A DNA stretch of 64,000 nt, taken from contig JARHXX010000011.1 in assembly GCA_029269125.1 (NCBI GenBank), forward strand, positions 1-64,000, in the 5' to 3' direction. This DNA comes from Kiritimatiellaeota bacterium B1221. Lineage in GTDB: Bacteria; Verrucomicrobiota; Kiritimatiellia; SS1-B-03-39; UBA6053. A program made the position numbers and the translations under genes. The notes under the pieces were generated by a model, which ran no database searches, was not told the DNA's origin, and worked only from the letters and a program-made list of their open reading frames with translations. Of this stretch, positions 39,270-49,234 are shown one piece after another. Within the stretch, counting starts at the first letter, position 1. Every line of letters begins with the position of its first letter.

Positions 39270-40490
39270 TTGATCCCAGTAAAGATGAACCTTCGACACG
39301 GTACCGCTCTTATGAAACATCCCCATTTTCTTTTGAAAGCGACAGCTCTTTTAGCAGTCATGAGTCTCAGCAACGGTTTACAAGCGCAACTCGCTTACAG
39401 CACCACCTGGGAGGGGGATACGGACACCAACATGAACAACAACAATAACTGGGACAATGCGGGAGGGGTCGGCCGGGATGTGGCTGTAATTTTTGATGAC
39501 CCCGGCGCGGTGACTTATCAGCCGGATGTGCCTGCTGGGGCGCCCAATAACCGGGCGGAAGTCAATGCAATTGTATTTAACCAGGCCGGTTGGAATATCA
39601 CCACCGATGCCGCCACCAGTACCCATATTGCTTTGTGGAATAGTGGCGTCACCCCCTATATTATCTCCAATGGCGCAGGGACAAACCGCATCGGGGGCAT
39701 ACGGATTATCAGTGAAACAACCACCATCACCACCGGCACCGGCAACACGTTGCTCATTGATGATGATTATGTGGGGGAATTTGATGTCGCCAGTAAATCC
39801 GGCGACGGCACCCTGATCATCAACACTGACATGGGCCGCTTCCTGGATGTAAACGCCGGCACCTTTATTTTCAACGGCACCATGTATAATCACGGAAGCA
39901 CCGGTCATACCATCGCCAGCGGGGCCGTACTGGGAGGAACGGGTATCTTTCAGGAAAACAATAGTGACACCTACACCTTTAACTCCGGCGCCACCCTGGC
40001 ACCTGGAGCGTTGGGCATCGGCGACAGCTCCGCCGGCACCCTGACCTTTGAAAACACCCGGGTCGGCGCTACCCGGAATTTTAATATCAATCTCGAAGCA
40101 GGCTCGACCTTGGCTGTCGATATTTTCGGAGACGGCAGTTCCGATACCGTTGCATTCGGTGGTGCTTCCGACGGTACCGACATGAATTTTAATATCAACA
40201 CATCCGCCATCCTCGCACTCAGTGGTGCCGCAGCCTACAATACCGCTTATACCGTGGCAAGTTTCACCGGTCCCGGCAACTATACGGGCACCTTCGGATC
40301 CGTTACCCTAAATGGAGGCGCTCTCGTAGAAGATACCGATTATACCATTAGCTATGATCCAGGCTCCATCCAAGTCACCCTTATCCCCGAACCTTCCTCT
40401 CTCATGTTGATCGCGGGCGCTTTCGGACTGTTGGCCTTCCTCTCGCGTCATAAAAAAGTTGAATTTTTTCTGGATGCGGCGGGCGGGTGA
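39270..40490 (+). CDS. PEP-CTERM sorting-domain protein with a Gly/Thr/Asn-rich beta-helix-like passenger
   Basis: Signal peptide. C-terminal IPEPSSLMLIAGAFGLLAFLSRHKK. Confidence 0.85.
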   Translation: MIPVKMNLRHGTALMKHPHFLLKATALLAVMSLSNGLQAQLAYSTTWEGDTDTNMNNNNNWDNAGGVGRDVAVIFDDPGAVTYQPDVPAGAPNNRAEVNAIVFNQAGWNITTDAATSTHIALWNSGVTPYIISNGAGTNRIGGIRIISETTTITTGTGNTLLIDDDYVGEFDVASKSGDGTLIINTDMGRFLDVNAGTFIFNGTMYNHGSTGHTIASGAVLGGTGIFQENNSDTYTFNSGATLAPGALGIGDSSAGTLTFENTRVGATRNFNINLEAGSTLAVDIFGDGSSDTVAFGGASDGTDMNFNINTSAILALSGAAAYNTAYTVASFTGPGNYTGTFGSVTLNGGALVEDTDYTISYDPGSIQVTLIPEPSSLMLIAGAFGLLAFLSRHKKVEFFLDAAGG

Positions 40491-40568
40491 TTTCAGGCAC
40501 CCCGGTTTTTTATCGTTTTCTCGTCGAGCCACACCTCCAGGAAGATGTTTCTTCAGGTCCTGATCTTC

Positions 40569-40710
40569 GCGGACCTACGGCCCGACTTGAGAGATCCAAC
40601 CTCTCAGAATACTTGGGTCAATCAGCCAGCAAGCTATCCAGGTCGATTCTTGCCAAGAAAGCCCCGTAGGTGGCGACACTCCAAAGCCCGATCCGTCAGG
40701 GCTGGGTTCC
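40569..40710. repeat. Dispersed repeat family, degenerate copy C. A forward ggacctacggcccga motif sits alongside a reverse cccagccct..cctacgggg module.
   Basis: The 14-16-bp core is shared with copies A and B, and the architecture is similar. Confidence 0.45.
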
Positions 40711-40849
40711 ATCCATACAACTGAAATTGAGCCATGAAAGCGGCGGCATTCCCCCCCTCACATGGGAAAATCCGAATACAATATCGATGTTTTCAGGATT
40801 TTCTGCGGTTTACCACGGGGAGCGTGGAACGGCTTTCTTTCTTGCGCCC

Positions 40850-41665
40850 TCACCCCAGGGCCACATCCAAAATCATCATCACGGTAAACCCCAGCATGGT
40901 GGCAAGGGTCACCACATCAATATTGGCGCCTTTGCGTTGCGACTCGGGGATCAGCTCTTCCACCACCACAAAGATCATCGCACCCGCCGCAAAACAGAGT
41001 GCAAAGGGCAGGACCCCCTGCATCTGCAGCACAAAAAAGGCACCCAGCACCCCGGCAATCGGCTCCACCATACCGGAAGCCTGACCCAGCATAAAACTTT
41101 TCCGACGCGACATCCCCTCCCGCGCCAGGGGCATGGAAACCGCCGTCCCCTCCGGGAAATTTTGAATCCCAATACCAATCGCCAACGCAATGGCCGCCCC
41201 AATCGTGGCCGAAGGCAGGCCGGCTGCCGCCGCGCCAAAGGCCACCCCTACCGCCAACCCTTCGGGAATATTGTGCAGGGTAATCGCCAACACCAGCAAG
41301 GTGCTGCGCTGCCAGGAGGTTTTTACCCCTTCCCGCTTATCAAATGCCAATCCGGGATGCAGATGAGGTAAAAGTCGATCGGTGAGCCGCATAAACAAGC
41401 CGCCGCACATAAACCCAATGGCGGCCGTCATCCACGCAATCTGCCCTAAACGTTCGGCCATTTGTATCCCGGGCGCCAACAGCGACCAATAACTCGCGGC
41501 GATCATCACCCCCGCCGCAAAGCCCATCATGGCATCCATAAAATTTCGGTTCACCTGCTTGGTCACAAACACCAGTGCCGCCCCCGCCGCCGTGACCCCC
41601 CAAGTAAACAAGGTGGCTAAAAATGCCTGTAAAACCGGATGAAAATTTTGAAAGGATTCCATCAT
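40850..41665 (-). CDS. zupT: ZIP-family zinc transporter ZupT
   Basis: 8-TM ZIP protein with an [10 protein letters not shown] motif. 271 aa. Confidence 0.85.
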   Translation of the reverse strand: MMESFQNFHPVLQAFLATLFTWGVTAAGAALVFVTKQVNRNFMDAMMGFAAGVMIAASYWSLLAPGIQMAERLGQIAWMTAAIGFMCGGLFMRLTDRLLPHLHPGLAFDKREGVKTSWQRSTLLVLAITLHNIPEGLAVGVAFGAAAAGLPSATIGAAIALAIGIGIQNFPEGTAVSMPLAREGMSRRKSFMLGQASGMVEPIAGVLGAFFVLQMQGVLPFALCFAAGAMIFVVVEELIPESQRKGANIDVVTLATMLGFTVMMILDVALG

Positions 41666-42018
41666 TTTTTGCGGGTAATCTCCACCGCCACCGAACGGGC
41701 AAAACGCAAAGCCCCTGGTTTATCAATGGTCACCGTGACTTGATTCACCGCCGAAGCCGCCAAACAAATATCCGCACAGCGCTCGGCCAGGGTTTCAATT
41801 AAATTGTAGGAACTCCCCTCCACATGATCGATCAACTGCTTGGTGATCTCTTTGTAGTCCGTGGCATCCGCAATATCATCCGAGGCCGCAGCCGGGGCGT
41901 GGCTGGTCACTTCCATGACCACATTGACAATGACGTCCTGCCGTTTCACCCGCTCCTCGGGAAAAATGCCGATAATGGTCCGTAATGCCAGGTCTCTGAT
42001 ATATATACAATCGCTCAT
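41662..42018 (-). CDS. folB: Dihydroneopterin aldolase
   Basis: [33 protein letters not shown]. 118 aa. Confidence 0.85.
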   Translation of the reverse strand: MSDCIYIRDLALRTIIGIFPEERVKRQDVIVNVVMEVTSHAPAAASDDIADATDYKEITKQLIDHVEGSSYNLIETLAERCADICLAASAVNQVTVTIDKPGALRFARSVAVEITRKK

Positions 42019-42752
42019 ACGCCGTTCCCTAATAGATGTTGCCCCGCATCGACAAACAAAATCTGACCTGTAATCGCCGGCGCCTGTATCAAATAGACCA
42101 CCGCCCCTGCCACATCTTCGGGGCTACATCCATGATCCAAAGGTGCATTCCCCGCATTTTTCTCCATGTAATCCAGCTCATCCTCCCTCCCCGGCGGCGG
42201 TAAAATCGCGCCCGGCGCCACCCCGTTTACCCGCAGGCGGGGTCCGAATTCCAACGCCGCCAACCGGGTCGCCTCCGCCAGCGCCACTTTTGAAAGCTGA
42301 TAAGGCACCGCGCCGGCATCATGCGCCGCAATCCGCCTGTCCAAAATATTAACCACCGCTCCTTTCCGCCCCTGCGCGGCAAACAAGCGCAGTAATTCCA
42401 GGGGTCCCAACAAATTGGGACCCAATTCTTCCATAAAGGTTTGTCGATGACTGGCGGCCAAAGGCGTGCGGTTAAACACCGCCGCATTGTTCACCAATCC
42501 ATCAAGTGGCCCCTTCGCCATCGCCTGATCCATAATCAACTGCACCCCCGCTTCCGTGGCAACATCTCCGGATACAGTATCCGCCTTGCCCCCACGGGTG
42601 CGAATCATCTCCGCAGTCTCTTCGGCCGCATCGCTACTCTTTCGATAATGAATCAGCACCTCCGCCCCGGCTTTCGCCAAAGCCAAGGAAATGGCCTTGC
42701 CAATGCGGACGCCCCCGCCGGTCACTAAAATTCGAGATGTGGATAATTTCAA
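42015..42752 (-). CDS. SDR-family oxidoreductase, probable pteridine reductase (FolM/PTR1-like)
   Basis: TGGGVRIGKAISLALA Rossmann motif typical of PTR1-like SDRs. Its start overlaps the folB stop by 4 nt. Confidence 0.6.
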   Translation of the reverse strand: MKLSTSRILVTGGGVRIGKAISLALAKAGAEVLIHYRKSSDAAEETAEMIRTRGGKADTVSGDVATEAGVQLIMDQAMAKGPLDGLVNNAAVFNRTPLAASHRQTFMEELGPNLLGPLELLRLFAAQGRKGAVVNILDRRIAAHDAGAVPYQLSKVALAEATRLAALEFGPRLRVNGVAPGAILPPPGREDELDYMEKNAGNAPLDHGCSPEDVAGAVVYLIQAPAITGQILFVDAGQHLLGNGV

Positions 42753-42829
42753 AAGTCTGTTCCTGGTTCAACCAAAGTCTTTAGGACCTCGTCCTGAGGT
42801 ATAACTCATACCCCATTCCCTCCGTTTCA

Positions 42830-43314
42830 CCAATAAGGTTATGTGGGAAATCCGGTGGACCCGCCAATGGCCTTGCCATCGCTCAGATCGGGATTCGTAT
42901 CCCCATCCATATAGCATTTGATTTCCCCCTCTCCCCACCAGCCATTGTGGTTGGTTTGCCAGCCCATGACCGTGCCAACGTAATGGCCCTACCCCTTCAC
43001 CCCGTCCAACAAGGTATGCACTTCTCCTTTTTCACCGGCAGACTTTGACGGAATTGCGCATGGAAATAGGCCGCATCCGCCGGCACGTCAGTCAAGGTGT
43101 AATTGATTTGGTAAAACAACACCATCTCCTGCTCGCTGATATTCTCCACCGTGATCCGACCCTTCTTTCGGAAAGGCATCTCCCAAAAACAATTGAAGGC
43201 ATTCCCCGGATTCACCCACACCGCCTGCGAAGTCAGTTGCGCAAATTGGTAGCCGCGCCCCGCCACTGCGGGCGCCAGTAGGGTTTTCAGACGGGATCGA
43301 GCGGCTTTCAGCAT
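42830..43314 (-). pseudogene. Decayed DUF2961-like gene remnant: a 105-aa ORF followed by a frameshifted continuation (..GHYVGTVMGWQTNHNGWWGEGEIKCYMDGDTNPDLSDGKAIGGSTGFPT*)
   Basis: Manual translation of the minus strand at 42841-42990 continues a coherent peptide in a different frame after the stop at 42997. The total length is far shorter than family members. Confidence 0.4.
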
Positions 43315-43542
43315 GAGATAACCCTGAAAGATTTCCCAAGTTCATGCCAGGTCCATTAAAGGAAGCAGAAGTAGTTGTCGTGCAGATATGCACTACTCAT
43401 CTGTACCGGAAATAAGAAAGCACAATCGCATGATATTCCGTTTGATCACCTTCCGGTTTCGTCTCCGCAGCGAAACCCTGAGTTCCCGGTGAAGAGCTTT
43501 TGACATTACAGGCGGGCAGGCGTAGAAAGGAAAGTTCAAATC

Positions 43543-45000
43543 ATGAAAAACCCCCTTCATATTCTTCACCTCATTCTCTTGGCAGTCACGGGATTTGCTT
43601 TCTGCGATGGGGCGGCACCTGAGCCATCTGAACTTTCGGTACAAGAAAAACCGCTGGTCTATCTGATCCCGGTCCGTCAGGAAATCATGCAGCCGCAATT
43701 GTTCCTGTTGCGCCGTGGCGTACAAAACGCCATGGAAGCGGAAGCCGACGCCATTGTCTTGCTCATGGACACCCCCGGGGGAAGAGTGGATATCATGAAA
43801 GAAATGACCGGCATGGTGATTGATCTGGATATTCCCACATACACTCTGGTGGAAGGACCCGAGCACGGTGCCATTTCGGCAGGAGCGATTCTGGCCATGG
43901 CCACCGATAAAATCTACATGCGCCCCGGCAGCATTATCGGCGATGCCATGCCGGTGATCGCCGGTCCGAAGGGCTACGAAACCCTTGGGGATGCAGAACG
44001 GGAGAAAATTGAAACCTACATGGACGCCGTGGTCCGCAGCATCGCCCAGGCAAAGGGCAGGAATGAAATGCTCATCCGGGCGATGGTGCGCAGAGAACTG
44101 GAATTTGCGCTCGAAGACGGCACCATCATTTCGCCTAAAGGGAATATACTCACCCTTACCAATCAGGAAGCTGAACGTGTCCTCCCGGACGGGAGCCGTT
44201 TACTTTCGGAGGCGACGGTAGAAGATCTGGATGAAATGCTCAGCCTCATCGGACTGGAACATGCCCAACGCATTGAATTGATTCCCGAAATGGCCGACAC
44301 CCTCGCGCTGTGGATCACCCGCTTTGCCCCCATGCTCCTCAGCCTCGCCGGACTACTCGCTTATCTGGAATTTCAGTCTCCCGGGATTGGCTGGGCCGGC
44401 GCCGGTGCCGCCCTGCTCTTTGCGGTCGTGGTCTTCGGACATAACATCGCCGGCCTGGCCGGCATGGAAGATCTGGTGATCATTTTCCTGGGGCTGTTGC
44501 TCATCCTGGTGGAAATCTTTGTCATCCCGGGATTTGGCATCGCCGGCCTCAGTGGTATTGCCCTGCTCTGCATTGGACTTATCAAAGCCATGAGCATCCG
44601 CTTTCCGGGAAACCCGGGGGATCTGCCCGGATTCGAAAATTTTGGAAACCTCGGGCCAGCAGTTATCAACCTCAGTCTCGCCATCATTGTCGCAGGCGTA
44701 CTCGCGGTAATCCTCTTGCGAAATTTGGGAGAAAACTCAATCTTGGGCAGAAAGCTGGTCTTGAGTTCTAATATTCAACCCGCCAACCGGGATGAAGTGG
44801 CGACCGGCCTCGAATCCCTGATTGGAAAGCAAGCCATCGCCCTCACTCCGCTCCGCCCTTCCGGAACGGTGCAAGTGGGAGACAAACCCTACGATGCCAT
44901 CTCCGAAGGAGATTATCTCGATATTGAAAGTTCCCTGATGATTGTGGATGTTCGAAATCACCGTCTGATTGTTGCCCCGCCCACGGAGTCACGCGTATGA
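43543..45000 (+). CDS. NfeD-family membrane-bound ClpP-class serine protease (long form)
   Basis: Signal/TM segment, then a ClpP-like domain (AIVLLMDTPGGRVDIMKEM..), a multi-TM segment and a C-terminal OB-fold. Confidence 0.85.
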   Translation: MKNPLHILHLILLAVTGFAFCDGAAPEPSELSVQEKPLVYLIPVRQEIMQPQLFLLRRGVQNAMEAEADAIVLLMDTPGGRVDIMKEMTGMVIDLDIPTYTLVEGPEHGAISAGAILAMATDKIYMRPGSIIGDAMPVIAGPKGYETLGDAEREKIETYMDAVVRSIAQAKGRNEMLIRAMVRRELEFALEDGTIISPKGNILTLTNQEAERVLPDGSRLLSEATVEDLDEMLSLIGLEHAQRIELIPEMADTLALWITRFAPMLLSLAGLLAYLEFQSPGIGWAGAGAALLFAVVVFGHNIAGLAGMEDLVIIFLGLLLILVEIFVIPGFGIAGLSGIALLCIGLIKAMSIRFPGNPGDLPGFENFGNLGPAVINLSLAIIVAGVLAVILLRNLGENSILGRKLVLSSNIQPANRDEVATGLESLIGKQAIALTPLRPSGTVQVGDKPYDAISEGDYLDIESSLMIVDVRNHRLIVAPPTESRV

Positions 45001-45482
45001 GCCCCACCTTGCTATTTGCCCTCTTTACCGCCATGGCGTTTGTACTCTTTGTCCTGGAAGTTTTTGTCCCCGGAGGCATCCTCGGAATCAGTGGCGGCGT
45101 CTGCCTGCTTACCGCCTGCGGATTTGCCATCGCCGCTTTTGGCCCCACCTACGGCTCATTCACCGCCCTGTTGCTCATCCTCGGCACCCTATGCGGATTT
45201 ATGTTTTGGCTCATGAAAATGCCGGACAGCCGCATAGGCAAACGCTTTGCATTACAAACCGCCATCAAAAAAAACGATACCATCGATCCCAACGCACTGA
45301 AAACCGGCGACCGGGGCCGCGCGGAAACCGATCTGCGTCCCGGAGGCTTTGCCCGAATCAATGGCAAAAAAACCGACGTCGTTGCCGTCAGCGGCTATAT
45401 TGAAAAAAACAATGAAATCGAAGTGGTGGAAGTACACGGGTCCCGCGTCGTGGTACGTCCCTTGGGGAAGGAACTTATATGA
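44997..45482 (+). CDS. Short NfeD/YuaF-like membrane protein (TM helices plus OB-fold)
   Basis: 161 aa. C-terminus GDRGRAETDLRPGGFARINGKKTDVVAVSGYIEKNNEIEVVEVHGSRVVVRPL. Overlaps the upstream stop by 4 nt. Confidence 0.75.
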   Translation: MSPTLLFALFTAMAFVLFVLEVFVPGGILGISGGVCLLTACGFAIAAFGPTYGSFTALLLILGTLCGFMFWLMKMPDSRIGKRFALQTAIKKNDTIDPNALKTGDRGRAETDLRPGGFARINGKKTDVVAVSGYIEKNNEIEVVEVHGSRVVVRPLGKELI

Positions 45483-46600
45483 AAAAATTCATCTTATTGC
45501 TTATTTGTCTCACCGGAATTCTCCCTGCCCACCCCCCCGGCACAGAAACCTGGAGTCTCTTCGAAGAAACCATTGATTTCGACGGAGCGGCAACGGATGA
45601 TTTTTTTGCCGTTGCCAATGAGATCAAACTGCAAGGTGAATTTCAGGACGACATTTGGGCCGCCGGCCGGAAAATTGAGTTTAGTGGCCGCAGCGCCGAC
45701 GATGTGCGCCTGCTTGCATTGGAAGTGCTCACCGTCAATGGTGAGATCGACGGCAATCTGCGGGGCTACGCCTCAGTGGGCAATATCCTGCTCAATACCA
45801 ACACCGTGATCGACGGACACGCCATTCTGCAAGCCGGTAAACGGATTACGGTCAAAGGAACCATCAAAGGCGATCTCTGGGTCGATGCCCCCAATGTCGT
45901 TATCGAAGCCGACATTCAAGGGAACCTCACCCTGCGGGGCAATGAAATTCAGCTGCTGGACGGCACCGTGATTCACGGCGATCTGTTTAACCGAAATCAA
46001 CAGACCCTTGCCCTCCCCTCCGGAGTGGAGGTGAAAGGCGAACGCAAACAAATTTCCGACGAAGCCGGACAATTAGAAAAAGACATTCAAACTTGGAAAT
46101 GGATGCTGTTGGCTATTCAATTTTTCACATCCTTTGTGGTGGGCATCCTCCTACTCAGATTGCTGCCGCGCTTCACCGGACACAATGTGGATTTGTTGCT
46201 CCATCATCGAACCCCCTCCCTTACCCTCGGATTGCTGACCTTTCTCCCGCTCACCCTCACCGCCTACTTTTTGCTTCCCACCCTCATCGGTACCGGCTTA
46301 GGCATTTTTCTGCTGGTGGTCACCGGTCTGCTTTTTTATCTGGGCAAAATTATGGTGGCCTATGCGATTGGCCTCATCATCCTCCGGAAAAAAACCGATC
46401 TGACTTTTGGAAAGCTCGTACAAGGCCTGTTTCTGGGACTCGTAGTCCTTTACAGCGCATACAGCTTGGTTTACATTGGAGATGTGCTTTATTTTATGAC
46501 TTCTTGCTGGGGCATGGGAACCCTCATCACCAGCATCCGTCATTCACAACGCGTTTTAAAAATAGAAATTCCCTCACTTTCCCAACCCCCATCCGAATAA
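45479..46600 (+). CDS. Membrane protein with a bactofilin-like beta-helical repeat domain followed by multiple TM helices
   Basis: Repetitive G-h-x-h-x-G segments ([50 protein letters not shown]..), then a hydrophobic C-terminal half. Confidence 0.5.
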   Translation: MKKFILLLICLTGILPAHPPGTETWSLFEETIDFDGAATDDFFAVANEIKLQGEFQDDIWAAGRKIEFSGRSADDVRLLALEVLTVNGEIDGNLRGYASVGNILLNTNTVIDGHAILQAGKRITVKGTIKGDLWVDAPNVVIEADIQGNLTLRGNEIQLLDGTVIHGDLFNRNQQTLALPSGVEVKGERKQISDEAGQLEKDIQTWKWMLLAIQFFTSFVVGILLLRLLPRFTGHNVDLLLHHRTPSLTLGLLTFLPLTLTAYFLLPTLIGTGLGIFLLVVTGLLFYLGKIMVAYAIGLIILRKKTDLTFGKLVQGLFLGLVVLYSAYSLVYIGDVLYFMTSCWGMGTLITSIRHSQRVLKIEIPSLSQPPSE

Positions 46601-46604
46601 TCCC

Positions 46605-47609
46605 ATGAAATACGTATTAGGCGTTCTCGCATTTTTTATCATCGTGCTGTTGGTCCTTATGGCCAACTTTATCAGCATCTACATCCGCGCCGCCGTTTCC
46701 GGTGCCCGGGTGAACTTCCTGAGCTTGGTCGCCATGCGGCTGCGTCGGGTAAACACCAAACTGGTGGTGGATTCCCGTATTCAGGCGGTCAAAGCCGGCC
46801 TGGAACTCTCCACCAACGATCTGGAAGCCCACTATCTGGCGGGTGGAAATGTGATGAATGTGGTGCGGGCCCTGGTGGCCGCAGACAAAGCCAACATCGA
46901 TCTTTCCTTCCAACAGGCCGCCGCCATTGACCTGGCCGGACGGGATGTGCACGAAGCGGTCAGCACCTCAGTGTATCCGAAGGTTATCAACTGCCCGGAT
47001 CAGAATTTGAGCAACGGATACCTCGATGCGGTATCCAAAGACGGGATCCGCCTGCTGGTCAAAGCCCGGGTGACCGTGCGGGCCAACCTCCAGCGTCTGG
47101 TCGGAGGCGCCACCGAAGAAACCATTATCGCCCGCGTCGGCCAGGGGATCGTTTCCGCCATTGGTTCTTCCGAAACCTACAAGCACGTTCTGGAAAATCC
47201 CGATGACATCAGCCGCCGGGTCCTCCAATCCGGCCTGGACGCCAACACCGCCTTTGAAATCGTTTCGATCGATATCGCCGACGTCTCCGTGGCCGGAGTC
47301 AGCGGCACCCGCGAAGTCGCCAACGTGGGCGCTTTACTTGAAACCGAACGTGCGGAAGCCGACAAAAAATTACGTCAGGCCGAAGCCGAGGGACGCCGCG
47401 CCATGGCCATCGCCGCCGAACAGGAAATGCGCGCCCGGGTACAGGAAATGCAATCCAAAGTCATCGAAGCCCAGGCTGAAATTCCCCAGGCCATCTCCGA
47501 AGCTTTCCGCTCCGGAAACCTGGGCATCATGGATTTCTACCGCATGCAAAACGTACTTGCTGACACCACCATGCGCGAAAGCATCGCCGAAGGGGAGCAG
47601 GAAGACTAA
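46605..47609 (+). CDS. floA: Flotillin-like protein FloA (SPFH domain, YqfA family)
   Basis: 334 aa. N-terminal [52 protein letters not shown] is characteristic of FloA. Confidence 0.85.
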   Translation: MKYVLGVLAFFIIVLLVLMANFISIYIRAAVSGARVNFLSLVAMRLRRVNTKLVVDSRIQAVKAGLELSTNDLEAHYLAGGNVMNVVRALVAADKANIDLSFQQAAAIDLAGRDVHEAVSTSVYPKVINCPDQNLSNGYLDAVSKDGIRLLVKARVTVRANLQRLVGGATEETIIARVGQGIVSAIGSSETYKHVLENPDDISRRVLQSGLDANTAFEIVSIDIADVSVAGVSGTREVANVGALLETERAEADKKLRQAEAEGRRAMAIAAEQEMRARVQEMQSKVIEAQAEIPQAISEAFRSGNLGIMDFYRMQNVLADTTMRESIAEGEQED

Positions 47610-47679
47610 AGAAGTCAATGGTCATGGGTCATTCGAATATACGAGTGACCCTTGACCCGTTCCCCATTCCTAATGACTA

Positions 47680-48387
47680 TTGACAAATGACTCCATGACC
47701 TCCCTCTTCCCTCTCGCAGAAGCCTCCGGACTTTCCTTCCTCGTATACCTTATCGTGGGAGCGTTCTGGCTTGTGGGAAATTTGCTCCAACAGAAACAGG
47801 CGAAACAAAAAGCCTTGGAGATGAAAAAGAAGCGGGAAGAACGCGAAGCGGAAGAACGGAGAACCGGGAAAAAAGTTCAAGCGCCCGCAAGCAAAATTGA
47901 ATCCGAACTGGAAGCTTTTCTGGGACGCCTCAGCGGTGAAACCGTCACCCAACCGAAGCAGCCCCCTCCCATACAAAAACAAAAACCGGTGATGGATGAT
48001 ATCCAGTTTGACAGCGCCCCGCCACCTCCCCCGCCCATTCCGGCAAAACCCAAACCCGTCAAAACATCCAACATTGGCGATTTGGATTTGGAAGCCTCCT
48101 TCAAACAAATCTCCGACATCAAAGAAGCCGTGGAACTGATCAACGGCGGCATCGATCAGAAATTGCAACAGGACGCCTTAAAGAATGTGCGTTCGATGAT
48201 GATCGACCTGTCCTCCAGCAGCATCTCCGTTCCGCGGGTTCCCCTGCAAACCATCCGGGCCATCCGCACCCAATCGCCCCGGCCTAATTTAAAAAACCGC
48301 GCAGCCTTCAAACAGGCCCTCGTCGCTTCCGTGATTTTACAGCCTCCCAAAGCGCTGCAAGCCAACCCTTTTGAAGAGACCCCCTGA
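47680..48387 (+). CDS. Membrane-anchored Pro/Lys/Glu-rich protein (possible YqfB-like FloA partner)
   Basis: TM helix, then low-complexity KKKREEREAEERR and PPPPPPIPAKPKP stretches. Confidence 0.5.
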   Translation: MTNDSMTSLFPLAEASGLSFLVYLIVGAFWLVGNLLQQKQAKQKALEMKKKREEREAEERRTGKKVQAPASKIESELEAFLGRLSGETVTQPKQPPPIQKQKPVMDDIQFDSAPPPPPPIPAKPKPVKTSNIGDLDLEASFKQISDIKEAVELINGGIDQKLQQDALKNVRSMMIDLSSSSISVPRVPLQTIRAIRTQSPRPNLKNRAAFKQALVASVILQPPKALQANPFEETP

Positions 48388-48390
48388 ATT

Positions 48391-49131
48391 ATGGGGAAAG
48401 TTAGATTGGATGTGCTGGTGCACAAACGGGAATTAACCGACAGCCGCGAAATCGCGCAACGGCTGATTCGTGCCGGAAAAATCAGGGTGAATGGACAGGT
48501 CGCCAGCAAACCCGGCTTCACCGTTCAGGAAGATGTCGAACTTACCCTCGAACAACCCCCGCGCTTTGTAAGCCGTGGCGGAGAGAAACTCATGGGTGCC
48601 CTCGAAGAGTGGGACGATCTTCCCATCAAAGGGGGAGTGGCCATTGATATAGGATCCAGCACCGGAGGCTTCACCGACTGCATGCTCCAACATGGTGCGG
48701 TCAAAGTATACGCTGTAGATGTCGGCCGCGGACAACTCCATTGGGATTTACGGAATGACGAACGCGTCGATGTGCGCGAAGAAACCAACGCCCGGCATCT
48801 GGAAGCCAAAGATTTTGATCCCCGCCCCGGCTTCTGCAGTATCGACACTTCCTTTATTTCCCTCAAACTGATTCTTCCGGCCGCCGACCGGGTGCTCCTC
48901 CCGGGATCCGAAGTGATTTCCCTCATCAAACCCCAATTCGAAGCCGGGCAAAAGAATCTCCGTAAAGGGGTGGTGGTCGATGAGGCTATCCGCCAGCGCG
49001 TGGTCGAAGATATCCGGATTTACGGCACCGAACAGTTGAAATGGGAATGGCTAGGGGTCACCCGCTCCCCCCTCAAAGGTCCCAAGGGCAACGTGGAATT
49101 CCTCGCCCGCTGGCGCCTGCCCACGGCATAA
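48391..49131 (+). CDS. tlyA: TlyA-family rRNA 2'-O-methyltransferase (hemolysin A-like)
   Basis: S4 domain N-terminus (RLDVLVHKRELTDSREIAQRLIRAGKIRVNG) and an FtsJ-like methyltransferase domain. Confidence 0.9.
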   Translation: MGKVRLDVLVHKRELTDSREIAQRLIRAGKIRVNGQVASKPGFTVQEDVELTLEQPPRFVSRGGEKLMGALEEWDDLPIKGGVAIDIGSSTGGFTDCMLQHGAVKVYAVDVGRGQLHWDLRNDERVDVREETNARHLEAKDFDPRPGFCSIDTSFISLKLILPAADRVLLPGSEVISLIKPQFEAGQKNLRKGVVVDEAIRQRVVEDIRIYGTEQLKWEWLGVTRSPLKGPKGNVEFLARWRLPTA

Positions 49132-49234
49132 CCCCGGCAGAAACGACACATACCTTCTATCCCGAACTCCTGATTTGCAGACCGGCGTCCTCCCATTCCG
49201 GACCGACTGCGTCCCGCAGTCACAAACCCTCCCC

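Noticed and set aside
40670-41371. 233-aa plus-strand ORF overlapping zupT
   Set aside because: The Arg/Gly/His-rich translation is antisense to a well-supported ZIP transporter and has no start context.
43393-43866. 157-aa minus-strand ORF overlapping the NfeD gene start
   Set aside because: It overlaps the signal-peptide region of a confident NfeD CDS and has no recognisable features.
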